A stretch of DNA of 64,000 nucleotides, taken from a virus. Of this stretch, positions 55,685-63,655 are shown piece after piece. The stretch lies in the IMG/VR virus record IMGVR_UViG_3300021171_000005, positions 1 through 64,000 of that record; one strand, given 5' to 3'. The notes under the pieces are model-generated. The model saw nothing but the letters and a program-made list of their open reading frames with translations. It did no database searches and had not been told where the DNA came from. Position numbers and translations under genes: made by a program. Each line of letters begins with the position of its first letter. Position 1 is the first letter of the stretch.

Positions 55685-57162
55685 TGACGATACAAATTCC
55701 TATTACTGGTTCGGGACTTCTCTCATCAACATCCGGTCTACAACTGTCTACGGGTTCGATTCCGGCGAATTCCGCCACTTCTGTTAATGGATTTGGGTCG
55801 TCGATCACTGTTGGTTTTGGTCTATCAAGTCCTTCAACACAAAATTATTTCGCGTTAACGTGCGCCAAAAATGGATGGGTTGGCACCAATAATGCAATTT
55901 CGGGAAGCGGCATCGCCGATCAAATTACAAGTATCAATGGAATTACCCAAGCTGTTGGAAACATAAATGTGGTTGAGACCGGCATAAACGACTCCTTTAC
56001 CGGAGGATCGTCCGTCAGTTATCAGGCGCAATATCAGGCCGGATTGTTGTATGCTCTAGTTAGCGCCGGACTTCCTGATGTAAATAAATTCTGGGCAAAT
56101 AATGCCGCTATTTCTTATGTAAATTGGTCGAGTAGTACTACGGTATTTGGCCAACCTTTTAAATTTACAAGTACTATCGGGGCGACTGCTACCGCAACTG
56201 TTAACGGTTCGGCAGTTTATGTTGGCGGACTGACTCAACAAACGAACGATTCTACATTATCTGTGACCGTTGACGGAATAAATTACGGAAATATTGTCAA
56301 TCAAGGCGCAAATGCCAGCCCTCTCAGCTCATTCAATTGGCCTTATGCTATAAGGATCGGCGGATTGTTTCCGGGGCCGCACACCGTAGTGGTTACATAC
56401 GCTTCCGGAACAAACAACGGCGGGATTAGTTTTATTGCCGGGAATGGCGGCTTGACCGCGAACGCGGGTAACGCTTTCAATCCCTCTGGGCCGTCCACAT
56501 ATGTTGTAAATGCAATTCAGGCGGCAAATAGAACGGGCTCCGGAGAAGCTCCCTATAATAATATTATCAATATTGTTTCCAGTCAGCTAGCAAGAGATGG
56601 TGTTAACGTTGTTGTCGTTGACGCGGCTAGTGCGTTCAATGGAACACTCGCGGCAAATATAAACGCGGGTGCGTCAAATCACCCTAGCGCGGTGGGGCAG
56701 CAAGTTCTTGCAAATTCTCTTCAAGCTGTGTTGAGCCCAGCAGCTACCCCGATGGACCGGCAACGGGTTCCTGTCCTTGCTTCGCCATTTGAAGTTGCCT
56801 CCGTAAATCTTACGGCACAATCTGCCGCTATTTCTGCTACGACGATTGCGACCGCTTCCCAAACGGGCATGTACCGTATTTCTTGGTCGGCAGCGATTAC
56901 TACTGCGGACGGTGTATCGTCTACATTGGGAGGAAGCAGCGGGTTTCAGATTTTATACACGTCTCCCACAGATAGTGTTTCAAAAACAACTGTATCAGGA
57001 AATAGTGTTACTTCGGCGGCGAATACAACTGGAACGGCATTAGGTGGAGAAATTGTCATTTATGCTCAAAACGGCACCGTTATCCAATATCAATACGGGT
57101 ACACATCTAACACTCCGGGTCAGATGATTTATGAGCTGCATATAAAATTGGAAACAATGTGA
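55684..57162 (+). CDS. SGNH/GDSL-hydrolase-like virion protein with the VDLTAQ-type domain
   Basis: FGSSIT, N.ISGSG, G.ND, HPS..G blocks. Confidence 0.7.
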   Translation: MTIQIPITGSGLLSSTSGLQLSTGSIPANSATSVNGFGSSITVGFGLSSPSTQNYFALTCAKNGWVGTNNAISGSGIADQITSINGITQAVGNINVVETGINDSFTGGSSVSYQAQYQAGLLYALVSAGLPDVNKFWANNAAISYVNWSSSTTVFGQPFKFTSTIGATATATVNGSAVYVGGLTQQTNDSTLSVTVDGINYGNIVNQGANASPLSSFNWPYAIRIGGLFPGPHTVVVTYASGTNNGGISFIAGNGGLTANAGNAFNPSGPSTYVVNAIQAANRTGSGEAPYNNIINIVSSQLARDGVNVVVVDAASAFNGTLAANINAGASNHPSAVGQQVLANSLQAVLSPAATPMDRQRVPVLASPFEVASVNLTAQSAAISATTIATASQTGMYRISWSAAITTADGVSSTLGGSSGFQILYTSPTDSVSKTTVSGNSVTSAANTTGTALGGEIVIYAQNGTVIQYQYGYTSNTPGQMIYELHIKLETM

Positions 57163-57440
57163 ACAATAGTGGAATCTCCGCGTTGAGTCAGATCGTTCAT
57201 AACGGGGATCAGACCTTCATTGTCCTATCAACTCCGGTTGACAATGAAGTCTTGTCAGAACTAATTGATGGGATAACAACGAATTTTCCATTAGCTAATA
57301 TACCGTCGATAGGATCAGTTCGAGTTTATTATAATTCAGGCCGTCAAGACCCGTCGCAATATTCGGTTCAGAATAACATCCTTATCTTGAACTTCACTCC
57401 GCAGCAAGGAGACACGCTTGTCATTGACTACCGCTATTAA
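57159..57440 (+). CDS. small Ig-like virion protein
   Basis: DG.TT.F.L, VYYN.GRQ....Y, P..GD....DY. Confidence 0.65.
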   Translation: MNNSGISALSQIVHNGDQTFIVLSTPVDNEVLSELIDGITTNFPLANIPSIGSVRVYYNSGRQDPSQYSVQNNILILNFTPQQGDTLVIDYRY

Positions 57441-59148
57441 ATACGGATTAATTCTATTTTTCGCTACGTGTCTCATGGCTCAGACTGCGAACACTGGAGC
57501 CAATGTTATCAATGTACGAAGTTATGGAGCCAAACCGGATGGTCAAGTTGCTACCGACTGTTCAATGGCTGCTTCATCTACAACGCTGACTTGCAAAGCT
57601 TCCCATTTCGTCACAGCGGACGTTAATAAAGTAATTTCTGTGTATGACAGCGGTGCAACGCTAAATGGTTTCATTCAGCCCCTAGCCACGACGATCTTAA
57701 GCGTTCAGAGCGGTACTCAAGTCACTCTCGCGGTCCAAGCTTCGAATTCTTCTTCCCCATCAAGCAGAGTCGTATGGGGAACGAATAACGACGTTCCATT
57801 CACGAATGCAATGAACGCCTGTGCGAGTCGTGGTGGCTGCGTATTCTCGATCCCAAAAGGTTTGTATCTTACGCATGGACTCAGCCTTCCGTGTTCAACA
57901 ATCGGCAATTTCACAAGTCTCGGCCTCGGAGTATGCACGCGGGCGTATAATAATATTGCGATTTGGGGCGACGGAACTGATGTTACGATACTAGAGAATT
58001 GGGAACCGGCAACATCATCTCTTGCGGTGATCTCTTTCGGCAGTCAAGCCGAGTTATCGCCGTATAACGGTACTGTGAATCCGATTACCAATGTATCAGT
58101 ACACGACATAACGCTCCGTCAAGTTAAAAACGCGACGAATCCTATCAAAAATCTTCGAGCCGACAATACCGATGGTCTGATCGTCGATCATGTCAAAGCA
58201 ATTGGAGGATCATATGAGGGATTCTACTTATCGGGGATTAACTACGATGCGAGCCATTTGTACGCGGCGGGGGTTGGGCTTGGGGGGCCAAAGAATTTTA
58301 CTTCAACTTCGGCATTGAATCTAATTGGCGCGTGGGGAAGAGTTAGCGAAAGTTATGTAACCGATTCAGGACAATGTATAGAGGCAGGGGGACCGCACGA
58401 GGAAATATGGCATATTGTGTGCGATGGCCGAGGACCCGACATTACTTCCGGTGTATCCCCTCATCTAGCAGTAAACATCTCATCGAATAGTTACGGAACG
58501 TGGGATGATCATGTTCACGACAATATTTTTGTAGCTTGGGCCGGAGAAGAATTCTTCAATCAATTAGGAAAATTTAAGGACTCTTCGTTCAATAATAATT
58601 TGATCATCGATGATACAGTCGGTTTGACTCTTGGTTCAGGTAAAGAAACGAACAATGTCAATGTTTATCCTGAGCAGACGATTGGTGCGCATGGTACTAG
58701 TTCTTGTTCGAATAATACATTCATCGTTACTTCCGCCGTTCATCCGGTAACATATTTCTTTCGTTTCGGCGACGGACTAAACCCGATGTTGGAAAACTGG
58801 ACGTGCGACGGCAATAAAATTACCTACGCTACGCCCTTTTGTGACACCGCACCATATCAGCCAACATTTAATAGCTCTGATTGCAGCAATGGAGGAGTAA
58901 CAACGATTCCGAATGGAATATTAAACGTGGGATCGATCTCCGGGATAGCTCAAATACGAATGTCCCATACGACAATTCAGGCTCCTTTAACTGCGTCTCC
59001 GTTCGGTACGATTGGTCAAGAAATCAATATTGTATCCGGAGTTCCGCTGAATCAGCTTTGGATAACGGATTGGGAATATAATCTGTCAACTCGTAAAGTA
59101 ATTGTTGGCGGCGGAGCGACAACTATACCCGCTACCATTTCCCAATAA
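57418..59148 (+). CDS. pectin-lyase-like beta-helix protein (tailspike/depolymerase-like) with an apparent signal peptide
   Basis: INVRSYGAKPDG, IPKG.Y, I.GDG; hydrophobic N-terminus. Confidence 0.75.
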   Translation: MSLTTAIKYGLILFFATCLMAQTANTGANVINVRSYGAKPDGQVATDCSMAASSTTLTCKASHFVTADVNKVISVYDSGATLNGFIQPLATTILSVQSGTQVTLAVQASNSSSPSSRVVWGTNNDVPFTNAMNACASRGGCVFSIPKGLYLTHGLSLPCSTIGNFTSLGLGVCTRAYNNIAIWGDGTDVTILENWEPATSSLAVISFGSQAELSPYNGTVNPITNVSVHDITLRQVKNATNPIKNLRADNTDGLIVDHVKAIGGSYEGFYLSGINYDASHLYAAGVGLGGPKNFTSTSALNLIGAWGRVSESYVTDSGQCIEAGGPHEEIWHIVCDGRGPDITSGVSPHLAVNISSNSYGTWDDHVHDNIFVAWAGEEFFNQLGKFKDSSFNNNLIIDDTVGLTLGSGKETNNVNVYPEQTIGAHGTSSCSNNTFIVTSAVHPVTYFFRFGDGLNPMLENWTCDGNKITYATPFCDTAPYQPTFNSSDCSNGGVTTIPNGILNVGSISGIAQIRMSHTTIQAPLTASPFGTIGQEINIVSGVPLNQLWITDWEYNLSTRKVIVGGGATTIPATISQ

Positions 59149-59155
59149 GGAGCTT

Positions 59156-59410
59156 ATGATTAAAGCATACATTCAATCATTTCTGGCGTTCACTAAAAGC
59201 GTGTTTTCAGAAGAAGGGCAGGGCAGCTACAGCCGCGTGGCCGGTGGAGTGTTGATAGGCTTCACCTGCGGATGGATAACATACCTAGTAATAAAAAACC
59301 ACGCCATGCCCGATCTTACGGGGCCTGCGTGGTTTGTAACGGCTGCTTCTGGTGGTCTCTACGGGTTGAATAAAGGCGCTGATTTCATCTCCGCATTCAA
59401 AGGTAAATAG
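59156..59410 (+). CDS. holin-like 2-TM protein
   Basis: S..G..S.SR followed by two TM segments. Confidence 0.6.
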   Translation: MIKAYIQSFLAFTKSVFSEEGQGSYSRVAGGVLIGFTCGWITYLVIKNHAMPDLTGPAWFVTAASGGLYGLNKGADFISAFKGK

Positions 59411-59653
59411 CTATTTTTTCCGTTTGCGGGGTGGCGGGATAACCTCAATCGCCTCGCCCGGAAGATCGTAGTCAGTCTCTCCGGTCCCCGCGTTCCATGT
59501 CTGAAAATTACTCTGAGTTTCCTTCTGGATTTCCTCAAAGACTCGTTGCTTCTCTACCATGAGTTCTTTGAGTTTAATACCGGCCAATTCTGTTTCAAAA
59601 TATGCGCGGTTCAGGCGCATCAATTGCAGTTCAGTTAGTTTTAATTTAGACAT
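59411..59653 (-). CDS. hypothetical coiled-coil protein
   Basis: Last gene of the leftward operon. Confidence 0.55.
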   Translation of the reverse strand: MSKLKLTELQLMRLNRAYFETELAGIKLKELMVEKQRVFEEIQKETQSNFQTWNAGTGETDYDLPGEAIEVIPPPRKRKK

Positions 59654-60000
59654 TAGAATTTCTTCCCTCCGGGCTGCATCCGCGCTTCATGCGTGTGATC
59701 AGCCCTTTTCATGTTATATGACATTTTCTCTTCGAAAGCTCCATCGAGGTCGTACCCGTATGCCCCGCAATAATCAAATATCCGGATCAGGACATCCGCT
59801 AATTCAACTTCAGCCATGCGGCGATGCGGGAGTTTATCGTCCGGCAAGTCCTTGCGCTCGCCTTCCAGAGCTTCCGACAGCTCGGAATGCATAAGAGCAA
59901 TCATTTCTCCCTTGTTACGGGAGATTGTATGCCCGGTTGCGGGGTCTTGCCACCATTTCTTGTTGGCTTCGTGACATCGTTTACTCAAGTCATTAAGCAC
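59653..60000 (-). CDS. MazG-like NTP pyrophosphohydrolase
   Basis: ALMHSELSEALEG.RK, EVELAD..IRI.D, KM.YN..R. Confidence 0.85.
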   Translation of the reverse strand: MLNDLSKRCHEANKKWWQDPATGHTISRNKGEMIALMHSELSEALEGERKDLPDDKLPHRRMAEVELADVLIRIFDYCGAYGYDLDGAFEEKMSYNMKRADHTHEARMQPGGKKF

Positions 60001-60355
60001 TGTACACCCCTGTTCTCGGTTTTCTGGTATTGAAAATACCCCGTACTAAATTCTCTACTAATGCGGGGTCCTCTAGCTTCGCCACCCAATTATCCATGAC
60101 TGTCTGAACTTTGTCCGGAAGTGGATTTTCTTGATACTTCTGCTTCGTACGTTCCCTGATTGCCCTATTCTTCTTTACTCGCGTCAAATTCCTTTTCTTG
60201 TAATAGCACGCCTCGCATAATCCTTTAGCCTTGTGCTTCCTCTCTGGATGGCACTTGGCTATTTTTATTGTCGGCTCGTGAATATTCTTATAGCACGGTC
60301 TGCACAAAGTATAAGCGTAGTGGCGTCGATCTGGATGACACTCCGCGTATTTCAT
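59993..60355 (-). CDS. protein with two CHP.R.H.A..LC..CY Zn-binding repeats
   Basis: Repeat visible in the translation; start ATG 60355. Confidence 0.65.
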   Translation of the reverse strand: MKYAECHPDRRHYAYTLCRPCYKNIHEPTIKIAKCHPERKHKAKGLCEACYYKKRNLTRVKKNRAIRERTKQKYQENPLPDKVQTVMDNWVAKLEDPALVENLVRGIFNTRKPRTGVYSA

Positions 60356-60732
60356 TTCTTCTCCGCAATTAACGAATTGAGAGTTTTCATCAGCTTGATA
60401 CATCCCTCGCCCTTTGGAGGCCGGTCATCTACAAGATTCCCGGTTTCCAAAGCATCCAAGATAATTGCGAGGCAGGCCATAGCATGTCCTAGATGATGAA
60501 CCCCGCTATCCTCCGCTTGTTCCTCGCCTTCCTTCCAAAGCATTACATGTCGTTCTAAAGCATCTAAATAAATGCTGGCCCGTACTTTCTTTGACCGCCA
60601 GTTGAAACTTGAATATTTCCTCGCACCATCCATCATCGCGTGCGCTAAATGTAAAGTGGCTGTTGTTGGTATAACGAAGGTGGATATCTTCTTAATCCCT
60701 AGTAAATCCTTGGGATTTGTTTCGTCGGACAC
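60352..60732 (-). CDS. dATP/dGTP diphosphohydrolase domain protein (DUF5664-like)
   Basis: NPKD..G.KK, GA.KY..FNW, Y.DA..RH, DSG.HHL.HA. Confidence 0.88.
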   Translation of the reverse strand: MSDETNPKDLLGIKKISTFVIPTTATLHLAHAMMDGARKYSSFNWRSKKVRASIYLDALERHVMLWKEGEEQAEDSGVHHLGHAMACLAIILDALETGNLVDDRPPKGEGCIKLMKTLNSLIAEKK

Positions 60733-60740
60733 GTCATCTC

Positions 60741-61223
60741 CTAATTGATAAAGGCAGCACTTCGTTTCGGTGACCCAAAATGATGGGCTATGAATTCAAC
60801 GGCTTCTTCCGTGGTATTGAGATAATGGGATACTGCTTCTTTTACAAAAGGATGGTTGAGCATCAATTTATTTGCGGGGTGGACGACCGCGATAATCGGC
60901 TTCTTCATCTCCCACGCCCATGCCAGCTCGCAGATTGTTCCTAGCAATGGGCGGGGCGAGCCGAAGCTCTCCAAATGCATCAGAATGACGTCGGACGCCA
61001 CGACATCGTGGTAGTCTCGCAGGATGATGTCCTTCGACGTGAGATTAGGATCGGTAATGCCGCCGTCCGGAGATTCGAGGGCAAGATTCTCTTTGCCCCG
61101 CATTGGAGAAAGAACATCAAACTCATGAGCCTCCAGAATGGGAGTTACTTCAATTCTCCACAATAAAGATTCGGGATAATCAGTAGAAATCAATCCTGCC
61201 AAATATATAGTCTTGCGTTTCAT
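60741..61223 (-). CDS. nucleoside 2-deoxyribosyltransferase-like protein
   Basis: IYLAG, RD..DV..SD, GT..E..WA. Confidence 0.85.
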   Translation of the reverse strand: MKRKTIYLAGLISTDYPESLLWRIEVTPILEAHEFDVLSPMRGKENLALESPDGGITDPNLTSKDIILRDYHDVVASDVILMHLESFGSPRPLLGTICELAWAWEMKKPIIAVVHPANKLMLNHPFVKEAVSHYLNTTEEAVEFIAHHFGSPKRSAAFIN

Positions 61224-62170
61224 ACCAGTTCCTTTTCAATCTCCTCTAGAATTGCGGGGTTCTCGTCCAAGAACGCTACAGCATTAAATCTTCCTTGCCA
61301 GCGATTTTCCCCGTAAGTCATCCACGCCCCGCTCTTGCTCACAACCCCCGCAGTAACCGCCATATCAAAAATATCTCCAGAGCGGGAGAATCCTCGGTCG
61401 TAGAGCAGATCGAATTCTGCAACTTTGCTAGGGGCCGAAACTTTATTTTTCTGGATTTTAACTTTTGTTCTTGCTCCAATTACTTCTTCGCCGTTCTTGA
61501 TTGCTCCCGCTTTTGAGACTTCCAGACGCATACCCGCGTAGAAGCGTAAGGCTTTTCCTCCCGTGGTTGTGGCCGGGTTTCCGTACATAACACCGATGCG
61601 GTCGCGCATCTGGTTAATCATGATGAAAACGCAATTGGACTTGTGAACAAGTGCAGTCAATTTGCGCATAGCCTGAGACATCATGCGGGCTTGCAGACCC
61701 ATCTGAGCATCACCAAACTCGCCTTCAAGCTCGGCGCGAGGAACCAGTGCTGCTACGGAGTCCACAACAACAACCGCAATATCTCCGGACTCGACCAAAG
61801 CCTTAGCAATTTCTAGAGCCTCTTCCCCGCAGCTTGGCTGGCTGATGAGAAGATCGTCTACGTTTACGCCCAATTTGGCGGCATGGTCCCGATCAATTGC
61901 ATGCTCTGCGTCCACAATTGCACAGAGTTCACCACCCCGTTGGGCTTGCCCGATTACTGACATGGAAATGGAAGTCTTACCGACCGCCTCTTGGCCAAAA
62001 ATCTCGATCACGCGACCGCGAGGAAATCCACCTACCCCGGTAGCCGAATCGAGGCTTGGTATGCCCGTAGAAATGACTTGAACCGGAACGTGCTCGGTAT
62101 CTCCCATACGAATAAGTGCTCCAGCTCCAAATTGTTTGTTAATTCGAGCTGTCGTTTCTTTGATAGTCAT
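61220..62170 (-). CDS. recA: RecA recombinase
   Basis: Walker A GQEAVGKT, DAEHA, VDSVAAL, QARMMSQAMRK, INQ.R, TTGG.AL.FY, KNKV; start ATG 62170 (SD GAGG). Confidence 0.97.
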   Translation of the reverse strand: MTIKETTARINKQFGAGALIRMGDTEHVPVQVISTGIPSLDSATGVGGFPRGRVIEIFGQEAVGKTSISMSVIGQAQRGGELCAIVDAEHAIDRDHAAKLGVNVDDLLISQPSCGEEALEIAKALVESGDIAVVVVDSVAALVPRAELEGEFGDAQMGLQARMMSQAMRKLTALVHKSNCVFIMINQMRDRIGVMYGNPATTTGGKALRFYAGMRLEVSKAGAIKNGEEVIGARTKVKIQKNKVSAPSKVAEFDLLYDRGFSRSGDIFDMAVTAGVVSKSGAWMTYGENRWQGRFNAVAFLDENPAILEEIEKELV

Positions 62171-62178
62171 AATCCTCG

Positions 62179-62934
62179 CTAGCAATTCGTCGTGCGAGCG
62201 CCATCCTCGCACTTCACAGCCCGACCCCAACCTCCGCAATCAAGACATTGAAAGCGACGGTATCGACGAGACTGCGTAATCGTGAATCCACGGTATTGAA
62301 TGTTCTTTGAATTACATTTCGGGCAAAATGCGCGGTTGACTACAGTGAAATTAGGATGATTGCTGATCCAAGGACGCAGCCGGAGATATAGCTTTTCCAG
62401 CAACAGAATATCTTTCTTGTTGTACTTCACCATTAACGCCCATGATTTAGGATCACCTTCAATGCACCCCTGCCACAAATCGAAGTCCGTCTTAATCTTT
62501 TTCTCATTCTCAAGTAGCGCGGACAAATCATCCAATTTATTGCTATTGAATCTTGCTACCTTCTTCGTCGCTTTCTTGGTATCGATGGTCTTAAACGGCT
62601 TCGGAGGTTTCAACCCGTGAAAGATAAATCGCGCTTGGAATACTTTTATATCGAATTGGTCTCCATTGTGCGCAACAATAATATCAGCTTCGTTGACTAA
62701 AGTCCACAGGTCTTTCACCAATTTCTCGTCATTGTACGATCCGGGGCGATAGCCTTTGAAATCCGGCAAAGCCTTTGCGAATACCTCTTTCTCATCTAGC
62801 CATTTGGCTGCGTAAGTTGCGAGGCAGGTCTCCTGTTTGAATCGAATGATATTCTGTTCATACTTGCCCCATGAATATCCAATGTTGGGGAATGTCTCCA
62901 GATCGAGAAAAAGTATTCTAGGTCGTTTTTGCAT
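62179..62934 (-). CDS. DEDD / RNase_H_2-like 3'-5' exonuclease with a C-terminal Zn ribbon
   Basis: LDLET, AHNGDQFD, IDT, YNKKD; CPKC...CLDC. Confidence 0.85.
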   Translation of the reverse strand: MQKRPRILFLDLETFPNIGYSWGKYEQNIIRFKQETCLATYAAKWLDEKEVFAKALPDFKGYRPGSYNDEKLVKDLWTLVNEADIIVAHNGDQFDIKVFQARFIFHGLKPPKPFKTIDTKKATKKVARFNSNKLDDLSALLENEKKIKTDFDLWQGCIEGDPKSWALMVKYNKKDILLLEKLYLRLRPWISNHPNFTVVNRAFCPKCNSKNIQYRGFTITQSRRYRRFQCLDCGGWGRAVKCEDGARTTNC

Positions 62935-62944
62935 TGGGTCCTTT

Positions 62945-63655
62945 TTAGAATCTATGCCCGAGGGCGAAGCCGATACCAATTCCGATGCCAACCTGCTTTA
63001 ATGCTGTTTTAACTTTTCCAAAGAATGTTGGCTTCGCTACGGCCAATTCTGCTTTACATGCATCATTTGCTTTCTTGATTTGATCATTGAGTCCTTGAAT
63101 TTGCGCGGCCTGCGTTGTATTCACCGCCGCGCAACTCGTTAACTGCTTATTGAGATTATCCTCCACTGTATGCCCAGCCAATACCTCCTGATGCAGCGAG
63201 TCAACCAATTCTAAGTTCTGTACGGTCGTCACCCCGGCTTGTCCAGATACGGACAAATTCTCTCCGGCGGGTTGCACATCTTGGGGATTGGCCGAACTAA
63301 TCAGCGTCCGCCACCTAGCCGCCAGCTCCGCAATTGTAAGAGTTGAATCTACTTTCTGTTGTTGCGCGGTTTTGTCCTTCAGCGCCGCAATTTGCGTAGC
63401 AATTAACGCATTTTGCGTAGACATTTGCGCGGCAAGTTGGGTGTACGCTTGTTGCGAGGCGGCGACTTGCTGGGCGAGCTGCTGGTTCTTGGCTACCTGA
63501 TCATCTAACACTTGCTTCGCAACGGCAGCGGCAGCCACAGCTTCGTCGTGTCTGTGGTTCTCAAACTTATTCAACAAGAATAGAAATACACCGAGCCCCG
63601 CAAGAATCAGGAAAATCCTCTCGTGAGCTTTTATGAATGTAATCCAGCCAATCAT
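62945..63655 (-). CDS. TM plus long coiled-coil protein (spanin-like)
   Basis: N-terminal TM, coiled coil, C-terminal GIGIG hydrophobic tail. Confidence 0.55.
   Translation of the reverse strand: MIGWITFIKAHERIFLILAGLGVFLFLLNKFENHRHDEAVAAAAVAKQVLDDQVAKNQQLAQQVAASQQAYTQLAAQMSTQNALIATQIAALKDKTAQQQKVDSTLTIAELAARWRTLISSANPQDVQPAGENLSVSGQAGVTTVQNLELVDSLHQEVLAGHTVEDNLNKQLTSCAAVNTTQAAQIQGLNDQIKKANDACKAELAVAKPTFFGKVKTALKQVGIGIGIGFALGHRF

Larger units (their letters stand above)
864..63255. repeat. dispersed 16-bp palindrome TGTCC-RSWWSY-GGACA (at least 23 copies)
   Basis: Exact arms at 864, 1596, 2139, 2325, 3925, 4115, 4796, 13354, 19657, 24527, 31182, 42010, 52409, 63240; one mismatch at 10411, 27020, 28393, 44588, 46810, 48520, 50317, 54471, 59779. 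Confidence 0.9.
66..63603. repeat. dispersed asymmetric motif CGCCCCGCAA / TTGCGGGGCG (core CCCCGCA), both orientations
   Basis: About 55 core copies by hand, e.g. 68, 1485, 1627, 1754, 2444, 2990, 3964, 4187, 4826, 19181, 24988, 26863, 27013, 46834, 48989, 59763. Confidence 0.8.

Noticed and set aside
29072-57162. Diversity-generating retroelement (Mtd_N-like domains, repeated C-terminal domain)
   Set aside because: No reverse transcriptase in the window, and the repeats differ at all base types rather than only at adenines
59399-59420. Zero-gap convergent stops forming AAATAGCTATTT
   Set aside because: Explained by two abutting TAG stops; no terminator structure supported
59653-61223. Firm call of a Z (2-aminoadenine) genome
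   Set aside because: No PurZ in the window; these hydrolases also occur in unmodified phages
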